Notes: generated from the sequence alone by a model not told the origin. Shown: positions 1 through 9,943, counted from the stretch's first letter. The stretch is 64,000 nt of DNA from Bacilli bacterium (GCA_045652765.1 JAZOLG010000029.1:3702-67701); one strand, 5' to 3'. Made by a program: numbers and translations.

Positions 1-587
1 CTATTCAAAGTATTCGTAATAAAATGGGAATTATATTTCAAAATCCAGATAATCAATTTGTTGGTGTAACTGTAAAGGATGATATCGCATTTGGTCTTGA
101 AAATAAAAATATTGAAAGAACTAAGATGTTAGAACTAATTGATGAGTATTCAAAACTTGTAAAGATGGATTCATTCTTAGAAAGTAATCCAGAGAACTTA
201 AGTGGTGGTCAAAAACAAAGAGTAGCAATTGCCGGTGTTCTTGCAATGAACACTGAATGTGTTATTTTCGATGAAGCAACTTCTATGCTAGACCCCATTG
301 GAGTTAAAGAAATCAACGAAACGATGAAAATGCTCAAAAAAACGGCCTTAAAAACGATTATAAGCATTACTCATAACATTGAAGAAACTTTATACAGTGA
401 GAAGGTATTAGTATTAAATAATGGAGTATTAGTATTAACAGGAACACCAAAAGAAGTTTTATTAAATATTGATGTTTTAAATCTAGCTGGACTTGATACT
501 TTAGAAAGTGTAAAATTAATAAATATTTTAAAAGGTGAAAATAAAGACATTGAGGAAGCACTATGGAAATTAACTTTCGAAATGTAA
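1..587 (+). CDS. ecfA1: ECF transporter ATPase subunit EcfA1, C-terminal part (5' end lies outside the window)
   Basis: The reading frame is open to the window edge (frame starting at nt 3: ..IQSIRNKMGIIFQNPDNQF..). It has the ABC signature LSGGQKQRVAIAG and Walker B VIFDEATSMLD. It overlaps the next ABC ATPase gene, giving the canonical ecfA1-ecfA2-ecfT order. Confidence 0.9.
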   Translation, partial: IQSIRNKMGIIFQNPDNQFVGVTVKDDIAFGLENKNIERTKMLELIDEYSKLVKMDSFLESNPENLSGGQKQRVAIAGVLAMNTECVIFDEATSMLDPIGVKEINETMKMLKKTALKTIISITHNIEETLYSEKVLVLNNGVLVLTGTPKEVLLNIDVLNLAGLDTLESVKLINILKGENKDIEEALWKLTFEM

Positions 588-1420
588 ATTTTACTTATGA
601 TGCTAAGTCAAAACTTGAAACTTTAAAAAATATTAATTTAACAATTTCTAAAAGTGGAGAATTTATTTCTATATTAGGCCACACTGGAAGCGGCAAGTCA
701 ACTTTAGTTCAACTTATGAATGCACTAATTATCCCAACATCCGGAAACCTTACTATTTTAAATAATGAAATTAAAACCAAAAAACAAAAAAATAAAAATT
801 TAAAAGAAATAAGAAAACAAATTGGACTTGTATTCCAATTTCCAGAATATCAATTATTCGAAGAAACTGTTTTAAAAGATGTAATGTTTGGACCAATGAA
901 TTTTGGCAAAACAAAAGAAGAAGCAAAAGAAATAGCTATTAAAACATTAAAAGAGTTAAATGTTGATGAATCATTATTTGAAAAATCACCATTTAATTTA
1001 AGTGGTGGCCAAAAAAGGAAAGTAGCAATTGCTGGAATACTTGCGTCTAACCCAGATGTTCTAATATTAGATGAACCAACCGTTGGACTAGATCCAGTTG
1101 GTAGAAAAGAATTATTAGAACTTTTAAAGCATATTCATGATACGACTAATAAAACAATAATCTTAATCACTCATGATATGAATGTTGTAACAAATTATAC
1201 AAAAAGAACGCTGGTCTTGAATAATGGCGAACTAGTTTACGATGGAACTACTAAAGAATTATTTCAAAATTATAAAAAGTTAGAATATTATAATTTAGAT
1301 TTACCATATATATCTAAGATAGCTTTAAAACTAAAAGAACAAAATTTAATAGAATTTAATAAACTACCTTTAACTTTAGAAGAATTGCATAATATGATCA
1401 AGGAGTCAGAACATGAATAA
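563..1420 (+). CDS. ecfA2: ECF transporter ATPase subunit EcfA2
   Basis: Walker A GHTGSGKST, ABC signature LSGGQKRKVAIAG and Walker B LILDEPTVGLD. It overlaps both the ecfA1 stop and the ecfT start. Confidence 0.92.
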   Translation: MEINFRNVNFTYDAKSKLETLKNINLTISKSGEFISILGHTGSGKSTLVQLMNALIIPTSGNLTILNNEIKTKKQKNKNLKEIRKQIGLVFQFPEYQLFEETVLKDVMFGPMNFGKTKEEAKEIAIKTLKELNVDESLFEKSPFNLSGGQKRKVAIAGILASNPDVLILDEPTVGLDPVGRKELLELLKHIHDTTNKTIILITHDMNVVTNYTKRTLVLNNGELVYDGTTKELFQNYKKLEYYNLDLPYISKIALKLKEQNLIEFNKLPLTLEELHNMIKESEHE

Positions 1421-2381
1421 GATAGCTTTTGGTCAATATTATCATACAAATAGTCCAATACATAGAATGGACTCAAGAATTAAAATAATCATTACAATTT
1501 TATTTATGGCATCAATATTTATTGTGCCAACAAATAATTTTATTCTTTTAAGTTTGCTTTTCTTGTTAGCTATTATAGTGATACTTTTAACAAGAGTACC
1601 ACTTGGAAGATATTTAGGTAGTTTAAAACAAATTGTTTTCTTGCTGTTGTTTTCTTTTGCATTTCAAGTATTATTTACAACATCAGGTGAACTTCTCTAT
1701 ACTGTTTCTAATAAACTAACATATATAAATATCGCAATTAGTATTGCAGCAGTAATAATATATATATTTATTAAGAGATATCTACCATTTAGAATAATAT
1801 GGTTCATTATCTTAATTTGTGGAATTATTTATTTATTACAATACCCAATATATGGTAAAGTATTAACTAGTTATAATATTTATATATATAGTCAAGGGCT
1901 TTTAAATGGATCATTTATAATATACCGAGTATTAGTTTTAATTATGTTCACAACAGTTTTAACATTAACTACAAAACCTACAGATTTAAATAATGGATTA
2001 GATTCGCTTTTATCACCACTGGAAAAACTACATATTAAAACAAGTGTTTTTACGATGATGATATCTATTGCGTTAAGATTTATACCAACACTTTTTTTAG
2101 AAGCTGATAAAATTTTAAAAGCTCAAGCATCACGTGGTGTTGATTTTAGCGAGTCAAAACTTAAAGAAAAGATCGTACAAATTGTCTCTTTATTAGTACC
2201 AATGTTTATTGTCTCATTCAAAAGAGCTGAAGATCTTGCTGTAGCAATGGAATCTAGAGGTTATATTCCAGGCGAAAAACGTAGTAAATTAAATGTATTA
2301 AAGATTAGATTTAGCGATATTTTATGGCTTATATTATTTGTTTTAGTAATATCAGGACTAATTATTTATAGGGTGATATAA
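1413..2381 (+). CDS. ecfT: ECF transporter transmembrane (T) component EcfT
   Basis: Polytopic membrane protein with the conserved EcfT C-terminal coupling region (ALRFIPTLF .. AQASRG .. AMESRGY). It overlaps ecfA2 by 8 nt. It is longer than typical EcfT because of an internal hydrophobic insertion. Confidence 0.88.
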   Translation: MNKIAFGQYYHTNSPIHRMDSRIKIIITILFMASIFIVPTNNFILLSLLFLLAIIVILLTRVPLGRYLGSLKQIVFLLLFSFAFQVLFTTSGELLYTVSNKLTYINIAISIAAVIIYIFIKRYLPFRIIWFIILICGIIYLLQYPIYGKVLTSYNIYIYSQGLLNGSFIIYRVLVLIMFTTVLTLTTKPTDLNNGLDSLLSPLEKLHIKTSVFTMMISIALRFIPTLFLEADKILKAQASRGVDFSESKLKEKIVQIVSLLVPMFIVSFKRAEDLAVAMESRGYIPGEKRSKLNVLKIRFSDILWLILFVLVISGLIIYRVI

Positions 2382-3127
2382 TGCGATATAAAATGATTGT
2401 ACAATATGATGGAAGTTGTTTTCATGGTTTTCAACGACAACTAGGTTATAATTCAGTCCAAGAAACGTTAGAAAAAACTTTAACAGAAATACTAAAAACC
2501 GAAGTAGTAATTAAAAGTGCGGGAAGAACCGATGCAGGAGTTCATTCACTTGGTCAAGTTGTTCATTTTGATAGTCCACAACTAGTTCCTGAAAAGAATC
2601 TAAAAAAGATTACAAATAAAAAAGTTTACCCTAATATATATATAAAAGATGTTGAATATGTTGACGATAATTTTCATTCTAGAATTTCTGCAGTAAAAAA
2701 AGAATATCGTTACTATGTTTCTATAAATGAATATTCACCATTTAAATCAAAATATGTCCACTATTTTCATAATCGTATCGATATTGAAAAAATCAAAGAA
2801 GCTATGACATATATTGTAGGTACTCATGATTTTAAATCTTTTTCCAAAAACCATGTTATAAAAAACACTGTGCGAACTATTGAGTTATTTGAATTAAATG
2901 TCACAGATGGTATTTTAGAATTTAGAATTATTGGTAATGGTTTTATGTATAATATGGTACGTATTATTATTGCGTTAATGCTAAAAGTCGGTGAAGGAAA
3001 ATTTGAACCTGGGTATATTAAAGAAGTCTTAGAAGGAAGAGATAGAAAATATGCGCCTTACGTTGCGCCACCACAAGGTTTATATTTGTGGAAAGTATAT
3101 TATAATGAAAAAAAGGAAACTATTTAG
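2381..3127 (+). CDS. truA: tRNA pseudouridine(38-40) synthase TruA
   Basis: TruA motifs SAGRTDAGVHSLGQVVHF (catalytic Asp) and GNGFMYNMVR. The ATG overlaps the ecfT stop (TAATG). The position after ecfT is conserved in Firmicutes. Confidence 0.93.
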   Translation: MRYKMIVQYDGSCFHGFQRQLGYNSVQETLEKTLTEILKTEVVIKSAGRTDAGVHSLGQVVHFDSPQLVPEKNLKKITNKKVYPNIYIKDVEYVDDNFHSRISAVKKEYRYYVSINEYSPFKSKYVHYFHNRIDIEKIKEAMTYIVGTHDFKSFSKNHVIKNTVRTIELFELNVTDGILEFRIIGNGFMYNMVRIIIALMLKVGEGKFEPGYIKEVLEGRDRKYAPYVAPPQGLYLWKVYYNEKKETI

Positions 3128-3140
3128 TTTCCTTTTTTTT
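3107..3140. terminator. Bidirectional intrinsic terminator after truA
   Basis: A-run, GGAAAC-TATTTA-GTTTCC hairpin, then a T-run. Confidence 0.7.
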
Positions 3141-3285
3141 GTTTCTTGTGTAATTCTCTTAAAATATATTCATCATATTTTAATAACGACATTCTTTTTT
3201 CACTAACATCAATGTTTTCACTAATTTCAAAACTAAAGTTAGGCTTTTTGATGTTTCTTTTCATGATATCACTTTCTTTTTGCAT
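3124..3285 (-). CDS. Hypothetical small basic protein (53 aa), uncertain
   Basis: Internal ATG of the 71-aa track ORF, preceded by AAAGGTG plus a 4-nt spacer. It is convergent with truA and ends in the shared hairpin. I recognise no homology. Confidence 0.3.
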   Translation of the reverse strand: MQKESDIMKRNIKKPNFSFEISENIDVSEKRMSLLKYDEYILRELHKKQKKGN

Positions 3286-3374
3286 AAAACACCTTTCATA
3301 AATTAAACATTTATTTTTTTCGCTTGTAAAAAGAGACAAATATGTTATAATAAACTAAACAAAAGGAGGTAACT

Positions 3375-6300
3375 ATGAAAAAAACACTAATTATTGTAAT
3401 GAGTATTTTGTTATTTTTAGGTATTGGGATTACTATATATATATCTATACCAAAAGACGAACCAGACGATGCCTCTTTAAAAACATCTGTGACTTATGAA
3501 CAAGCTAAATTAAATGGTTTTAATGGTACATATGAAAACTGGGAATCATGTTTAAATGGAACAGAAACTGCTAGTCCATATGAACTAGTAAAAAATTATA
3601 ATTATCAAGGTTCATTAAATGATTGGCTTAATCTTTTAAAACAAAATGAAACTAAAGAAATACAAATTAGTATTGTTGACAATTTTATTATGTGGAGATT
3701 TCTTGAAACTAATACATGGTATAAATTAATTTCGTTAAGCTTCTTAAAAAATGGCTCATCAGAAATAGAATTTTCTACAACACCACTTCACATTGTATAC
3801 AAAATAAATAGCGAGTGGAATGAATTGATTGAAATTGAAACACTAAATAAACCTAAAAACAAACATATAGGTATGATAGCCTATGAACTTGCAGTAGATT
3901 TAAATTATCAAAACAGTGTTAAAGAGTGGTTTGAGACTCTAAATGAGAGAATTGATTTTGAATGGATAGAAGTAGAAACATATATAAAATGGAAGACAAT
4001 TGAATCTGCTTCTTGGAATATTTTGTTTGATATAACTACAATCTATCCAGAACCAAATATATATGTTGTAACTTTTTTTGATATTAATGGTAATGTTTTG
4101 TCTAGAGAAGAAATTGAAAAAGGTGAATCATTAAATGACGTTCCCCTTTATGAGGTTGCTGGATACAAAATTAATGGCTGGTTACATGAAAACGAATTAA
4201 TAACAACAATTCCATATCAAGTATTGGGGAATATGAATTTGTATCCTTCTATGGAAGAAGAAATATACAATATAACATATGAAGTGTTCGAAGGATACAT
4301 AACAGGTGAAGAGATTAAAACATTTAAAATTTCTGATTTTTCTGAATTGCCTAAAGCAGCTGTTCCTGGAAGAGAATTTGATGGATGGTATTTAGAAAGC
4401 TCATTTGATACTAAAGTAAAAACTACATCAGATTTACCCCTTGAAAACGTCACTCTATATGCTAAGTTTATTACGTTATTAGATGGCTATCCCGATTATT
4501 ATCATGTAGGAATAACATCTATCTTAAAAGATATTAATATATACAACATAAGTAATAAACATTTAGAAACAGATATGACTTATGCATTTCAATATAGCCA
4601 TAATGGATTTTGGAATAAAAAAATGAATAATGACAAAAATGGATATGAATGGTATGGTGCAAACGCTAAAGAATTACCAAGATTAATTAATCCAACAACA
4701 GATGGACTAGGTAATTATATAAATTTTGGAACAATCTTTGAATTTGAAATTAAAGTATATGAAGAATTAAAGTATTCAACTAACTCTGAAATTACTGAAT
4801 TTAATAAATATAATGGTAAGCAAGTTGAACCTGATGATTATTTAACAGTATTAAAACATATATATAATCAACATAATAGATTAAATTTTAATAAAGAACT
4901 AATTGAAGGTAATTACACAATAAAAGGTTTGAAAGAATATTACAATTCAACCAAAGAAGAACTAACTCCACAACAATTAGAACAATTGTGGGATGAAGTT
5001 GGCTATGATGTTATTAATAGAGAAGGTAAATGGTATATCCAAGTTGAATTTAACGAACAATGTAATACATATGATGCTATGGAAGCACTACTTTCAAATA
5101 TGTATACACCACTTCCGGAAACATTCTTAGTATTAATCGGAGGTATTCAAAATTATGGCAAACCAATACCAAATCTTAATTTAACCCCTATTGATACAAG
5201 TTTATCAACAGGTTACTATGTAATTGAGGAAATTACAGATGACAACAAAATAATTTACGTAAAAAATCAATTAATAGATACAGGGGAAAGATATAAATTC
5301 CCAGGTGTTGTTATTAATATGTTTGAATATCAATTGGGTACTGCAACTGACGCATTTTTATATCAGTTTTTAAATGGTCATTTAGATCAAATGTCGCTCC
5401 CTATTTCTTATATCTCAAATGTATCTTATTATGATGATTTAATAAAAGTATTGGTAAAATCAACTACTGTAACTAATCAACTAAAAGTAAATTCTTGTAC
5501 TCAAGAAGTATGGGAAGAATTATTTGGTGAAAATGGTTCGGTTGTTCAAACAGATAAAAGTGATTATTGGCAGTGTGAACCTATTATGAGTAATGATAAC
5601 TTTCTAAAAGGATTAAGTTACGCTATTGATAGGGTAAAACTTGCTAAAATTGTACATGCTACACCAACGGGAAATTATTTCCCAGATAATGTTACATTTG
5701 ATCCAATGAGTGGAATTAATTTCAATCATACATGGGAACATAAATATGCTGTTGAGTCAGTGATAGAGAATACTGATGGATATGGTTATAATTTTGAACT
5801 TGCTATGAAATACTTTAAAGCAGCATGTGAAGAATTAATATCGGCGGGCATATATAAAGAAAATCAAACAATTAATATTGAAATAGCTTTCATGACTGCT
5901 GCACAATTAAATTCCGAAGGTGCAATGATTGCAGAAATGATTGAAAAAGCTTTTAATAACTGTCAAGGGAAATTAAAACTTAAAACTTCATTATGGACAG
6001 GAAATACATGGACTGATGTTTTTTATAATAAAATATTTTGTGGTAAATACGATTTAGCACTAGCGAATTTAGGCGATCCACAAAACTCTTTAGACTATTT
6101 TAATTTCCTCCGTTCAGACAATCCAACAGGTATGACATTAAACTGGGGAAAAAACACCAATGAAGTAAGTGATCAATTATTCTTTGATGAAACTTATTGG
6201 TCATACAATGCACTTTGTGAGGCTGTAACAAAAGGCGCATATATTAAAAATGGTATTATCGGTGGCCAACTACTTGATGTAGTTATTTTAGAACAAATTA

Positions 6301-6923
6301 TTAACCCGGATAAATCTGTAACTGTAAAGTTTAAATGGGACACTGTAGATGATCCACAAATAAAAGCTAATATTTCAAAAATTGTTGTTGCAAATTATGA
6401 AGAATATTATACAAATTATAATTATATTGAATATGAAATTGAATTTAGTGAAGAAAATAATATCTTCACAATAGTAATACCAAAAGAAATAAATGAACAA
6501 ATCGATGGATACATTGGCTATGATATATATATAGATACTACTATTTGTGGTATACAAGGCCAAGAATTAATTTCTTTTTACCAAACAACCAACTCAATTG
6601 AATCAGATTTACATATTAAGTATGGATTAAGTGAAATTAACCCACAAGCCGAACCTAATATTGGTAAGGGCGGTAAAATATATTCTTATGTAAATTCGTC
6701 ATATGAAATACACACAAAAATAGCGGGATTATTGGAAAGATATTTAGTAATAAATCATCTGACAGGAATTACGTTATATGGTAATGGAAGTTATGCACTA
6801 TATTCTGAACGTATTATACCTGGTACAGGAAGTTGGGATAACTACATTCCAGGATATGGATTTGGTGTTTTTGAAGAAGGATATGCTGATGGATATTTAC
6901 AGCCGATTAAAAAAAATAAATAG
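3375..6923 (+). CDS. Large membrane-anchored surface protein: N-terminal signal anchor, three helical 'YELA..G..G..W' motif/beta modules, two Listeria-Bacteroides-type repeats, and a C-terminal family-5 solute-binding-protein-like region
   Basis: Strong RBS AAGGAGG. N-terminal KK plus hydrophobic helix. Repeats SVTYEQAKLNGFNGTYENWESCL / SPYELVKNYNYQGSLNDWLNLL / IAYELAVDLNYQNSVKEWFETL. G(Y/R)xxxGW(Y/L) motifs (VAGYKINGWL, PGREFDGWYL .. LYAKF) typical of Flg_new repeats. The distal part has OppA-like spacing (GKQVEPDDYLTVLKHIYN, IKGLKEYY, TGYYVIEEITDDNKIIYVKNQ). The SBP assignment rests on motif resemblance only. Confidence 0.6.
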   Translation: MKKTLIIVMSILLFLGIGITIYISIPKDEPDDASLKTSVTYEQAKLNGFNGTYENWESCLNGTETASPYELVKNYNYQGSLNDWLNLLKQNETKEIQISIVDNFIMWRFLETNTWYKLISLSFLKNGSSEIEFSTTPLHIVYKINSEWNELIEIETLNKPKNKHIGMIAYELAVDLNYQNSVKEWFETLNERIDFEWIEVETYIKWKTIESASWNILFDITTIYPEPNIYVVTFFDINGNVLSREEIEKGESLNDVPLYEVAGYKINGWLHENELITTIPYQVLGNMNLYPSMEEEIYNITYEVFEGYITGEEIKTFKISDFSELPKAAVPGREFDGWYLESSFDTKVKTTSDLPLENVTLYAKFITLLDGYPDYYHVGITSILKDINIYNISNKHLETDMTYAFQYSHNGFWNKKMNNDKNGYEWYGANAKELPRLINPTTDGLGNYINFGTIFEFEIKVYEELKYSTNSEITEFNKYNGKQVEPDDYLTVLKHIYNQHNRLNFNKELIEGNYTIKGLKEYYNSTKEELTPQQLEQLWDEVGYDVINREGKWYIQVEFNEQCNTYDAMEALLSNMYTPLPETFLVLIGGIQNYGKPIPNLNLTPIDTSLSTGYYVIEEITDDNKIIYVKNQLIDTGERYKFPGVVINMFEYQLGTATDAFLYQFLNGHLDQMSLPISYISNVSYYDDLIKVLVKSTTVTNQLKVNSCTQEVWEELFGENGSVVQTDKSDYWQCEPIMSNDNFLKGLSYAIDRVKLAKIVHATPTGNYFPDNVTFDPMSGINFNHTWEHKYAVESVIENTDGYGYNFELAMKYFKAACEELISAGIYKENQTINIEIAFMTAAQLNSEGAMIAEMIEKAFNNCQGKLKLKTSLWTGNTWTDVFYNKIFCGKYDLALANLGDPQNSLDYFNFLRSDNPTGMTLNWGKNTNEVSDQLFFDETYWSYNALCEAVTKGAYIKNGIIGGQLLDVVILEQIINPDKSVTVKFKWDTVDDPQIKANISKIVVANYEEYYTNYNYIEYEIEFSEENNIFTIVIPKEINEQIDGYIGYDIYIDTTICGIQGQELISFYQTTNSIESDLHIKYGLSEINPQAEPNIGKGGKIYSYVNSSYEIHTKIAGLLERYLVINHLTGITLYGNGSYALYSERIIPGTGSWDNYIPGYGFGVFEEGYADGYLQPIKKNK

Positions 6924-7019
6924 TACAACAAATATAATTCGACAAGAAACAAAAAAATAAACAAATTATTTACATATACTAATTAAAAATGTTATAATAA
7001 GGTATATGAGGAGAAAAAT

Positions 7020-8582
7020 ATGAAAAAATTTAAATGGATAACATTAATATTTGTTATATGCTTAATATTTATAACTAGTTGTAATAAAGATGATCATGTT
7101 CACAAGTATGAAAATGATTACTGTGAGTGTGGTGTACTGGACCCTAATCATGAACATGTATTTGTAAACGGATCATGTGTCTGTGGTGAAAAACCATCTC
7201 AAGATTTATCAGCTGCTTTTGAACGTGTATTTAATTACGTTGATGGATATGTTCCAAGTCTTGCAGTTGGCGACTTAAATTTACCAAAGAAATTTGGTAG
7301 TACTGATACAGTAATAACATATAAATCACATAATCCTGAATATATTACAGACGATGGAAAAAGAGTCGATCATGAATTTGACGCACCCGCATCAATTACA
7401 TGTATCGTTGAACGTGAAGGACAAATTTATACAAAAGATTATCATTTTACTTCACTAGGAATTACTTACAACGAAAGAGTTGAAAGAGCTGAAACTTATA
7501 TTAAAGAGTTTTTAGCAAATAATGAACTAGTTGAAGGACTAAAACTACCTACTGAACTTCCTAACTTTGGTGGAAGAATTAGATGGGTTGCAGAAGATCC
7601 ATATTTAATTTATGATTTTGAAACACTACATTTACCAAAAGAAGCCAAGACAGTAAGACTTATGGCTGAAATCATGTTTCCACAATCAGCGTATAAAATT
7701 GTAACTGTTCCAGTAGAATTAGACTCAAGACCATCAAATATCACAGATTTAGATTATGTAAAAACATTCTTACAAACAATATATGCTAACTCTCGTGATT
7801 ATATGTTTATGTATGATGGAACATTAGCAGTTCTTAATAAAGATCTATTCATTAATGTTGAAGATGATTTAAAAGAAACATTCTATACTTATAAAAATAG
7901 ACCTGATGTATCACAATCTGTTTTAGATCAAAAAGTATATCCTGGGTATGTCATCCCTAACGAAGAAAATGTATTATGGATAGTAGTACATGATTCAGGA
8001 TTAAGTACTGTTGGTGTAGATGCAGAAAGATTAGCGCAAAATCAATGGAATAGCGCATATATTGGTGGTGGTCGTGAAGCATCTTGGACTTACACTGTTG
8101 ATGATTTTGGAATTTATCAAAGTTATGAAGATACAGTAACATTATGGCATGCTACGGATGGAAGAACAGAAGGTGGCGGAAACTTAAATGGTATTGGTAT
8201 CGAAATGTGTGTTAATGCAGATGGCAACTTTGAAGCTTGTTTCTTAAATGATGCTAGACTTATCGGTCATTTATTAAAAACATATGATTTAGGTATGTTA
8301 AATATGAAACAACACTATGATTTTTATCCAGCTAAAAACTGCCCACAAGTTATTAGAGATAATGATCGTTGGTTTGAATTCTTAACAGCATGTATTTGGG
8401 AATATATATCTCAAACATTATTAACTCAATATGATATTACTTATCAAATTCAAGCCGAAAACTTAGAACAATGGCCAGTTGATGGAATGTATGATTTAAC
8501 AAATGTTGTTAAAGATTCAAAAGTAAATATTACTTATACTATTAATGGTGAAACATTAAATATTCAATCTATTAAAAAATAA
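7020..8582 (+). CDS. Lipoprotein with C-terminal N-acetylmuramoyl-L-alanine amidase (Amidase_2/PGRP-type) domain
   Basis: Signal peptide plus lipobox-like FITSC. Amidase_2-like block VLWIVVHDSG .. ASWTYTVDD .. LWHATDG .. NGIGIEMC .. KQHYDF..KNCP. A His/Cys motif pair follows directly after the lipobox. Confidence 0.8.
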   Translation: MKKFKWITLIFVICLIFITSCNKDDHVHKYENDYCECGVLDPNHEHVFVNGSCVCGEKPSQDLSAAFERVFNYVDGYVPSLAVGDLNLPKKFGSTDTVITYKSHNPEYITDDGKRVDHEFDAPASITCIVEREGQIYTKDYHFTSLGITYNERVERAETYIKEFLANNELVEGLKLPTELPNFGGRIRWVAEDPYLIYDFETLHLPKEAKTVRLMAEIMFPQSAYKIVTVPVELDSRPSNITDLDYVKTFLQTIYANSRDYMFMYDGTLAVLNKDLFINVEDDLKETFYTYKNRPDVSQSVLDQKVYPGYVIPNEENVLWIVVHDSGLSTVGVDAERLAQNQWNSAYIGGGREASWTYTVDDFGIYQSYEDTVTLWHATDGRTEGGGNLNGIGIEMCVNADGNFEACFLNDARLIGHLLKTYDLGMLNMKQHYDFYPAKNCPQVIRDNDRWFEFLTACIWEYISQTLLTQYDITYQIQAENLEQWPVDGMYDLTNVVKDSKVNITYTINGETLNIQSIKK

Positions 8583-8591
8583 TATAAAAGA

Positions 8592-8625
8592 AAGGCGAAT
8601 AAAATATTCGCCTTTTAATTTTTTA
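8592..8625 (+). terminator. Intrinsic terminator after the amidase lipoprotein gene
   Basis: AAGGCGAATA / TATTCGCCTT stem followed by a T-rich tract. Confidence 0.8.
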
Positions 8626-8692
8626 ATGCTATTTTCTTGTATTAATAGTTTGAAATGTGATATATTAATATAAAATGGAGGAAAATAGTTTT

Positions 8693-9943
8693 ATGAGTTA
8701 CAAGAGTTTTGAATTATTAAATAAACTATATTTTGTAAGAACTGGAGGTTCTAAGGAAGAATTACAAGCGGCTGAAATTTTAAAAGCTGAATGTGAATCA
8801 CTTGGTGTACCTGCAGTAATTGAATCTTTTAAAGTAGATGGATGTGACATAAAAAAAGCAAGTGTCAAATTTATTGAACCAGATTTAGAAGTTGAGTGTG
8901 TTGGTGTTGGTATGTCATCATCTACATCAGAAGAAGGTGTCACAGGTGAATTTACATATATAACATCAGCGCAAGATGCACTTATTCAAGATGTTAAAGG
9001 TAAAGTTTGTTTGATACATTCGAAACTTGTAAATCCTAAAATATATAAAACTTTAGTAGAAAAAGAAGCGTCAGCTTTAATTTTGTGTTGTGGTAGTGTA
9101 TATGAGGAAAATGAAAATGTTGATTTAGATCCATATATGTATCGTGAAAGAAATTACAAACATGGTAAAATTCCTGCTGTTTGTATTAGAATGAAAGATG
9201 CTGAACAAGTACTACGCGCTAAGCCAAAGAAAGCACATGTTATAATGATTGAAGATGAACTTCAAAACGATTCACATAATGTAGTAGCAACTATTGAAGG
9301 AACAAAATTCCCAAATGAAGTAATTGCTTTTACAGCTCACTTTGATTCAGTAAGTTATTCTAAAGGAGCATTTGATAATGCAACTGGTTCAACTGGTATA
9401 ATGCAACTTCTTGCATATTTTAACGAACATAAACCTGAACGTACACTTAAGTTTATTTGGTGTGGAAGTGAAGAAATGGGTTTACTTGGTTCTAAAGCAT
9501 ATTGTGAACAACATAAAGAAGATTTAAAAGATTATAAATTATGCATTAATATAGATATGATTGGTGTCACAATTGGTTTCGATATTGCATGTTGTTCATC
9601 AAATATATCATTAGTTAACTTTATTAAATATTTAGGATGTGAAAAAGGTTTCGCAATTGAGCCAAGACAAGGTGTTTATTCATCAGACTCAACAGTTTTT
9701 GCTGATAATGGAGTCCCTGGATTATCTTTTGCTAGACTTGCTCCACAAGGTGGTGCACAAATACACTCAAGAAGAGATGTTATAGATTTCTTAGAAGAAG
9801 ATAATTATTATAAGACTTGTGATTTTATTGCAAGTTTTGCTGAAAGGTTAATTTCATCAAAAGTATTCCCAGTTGAACAAGAAATTCCTGGAAATATAAA
9901 AGAAGAAATTGAATATTATTTTGGACGTAAAGAAAGACAATAG
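8693..9943 (+). CDS. M28-family zinc aminopeptidase with PA domain
   Basis: M28 metal-ligand blocks AHFDSV, DNATGS, WCGSEEMGLLGS, NIDMIG. The start is chosen at the ATG downstream of GGAGG. The track start at 8675 lies inside that RBS and remains an alternative. Confidence 0.8.
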   Translation: MSYKSFELLNKLYFVRTGGSKEELQAAEILKAECESLGVPAVIESFKVDGCDIKKASVKFIEPDLEVECVGVGMSSSTSEEGVTGEFTYITSAQDALIQDVKGKVCLIHSKLVNPKIYKTLVEKEASALILCCGSVYEENENVDLDPYMYRERNYKHGKIPAVCIRMKDAEQVLRAKPKKAHVIMIEDELQNDSHNVVATIEGTKFPNEVIAFTAHFDSVSYSKGAFDNATGSTGIMQLLAYFNEHKPERTLKFIWCGSEEMGLLGSKAYCEQHKEDLKDYKLCINIDMIGVTIGFDIACCSSNISLVNFIKYLGCEKGFAIEPRQGVYSSDSTVFADNGVPGLSFARLAPQGGAQIHSRRDVIDFLEEDNYYKTCDFIASFAERLISSKVFPVEQEIPGNIKEEIEYYFGRKERQ

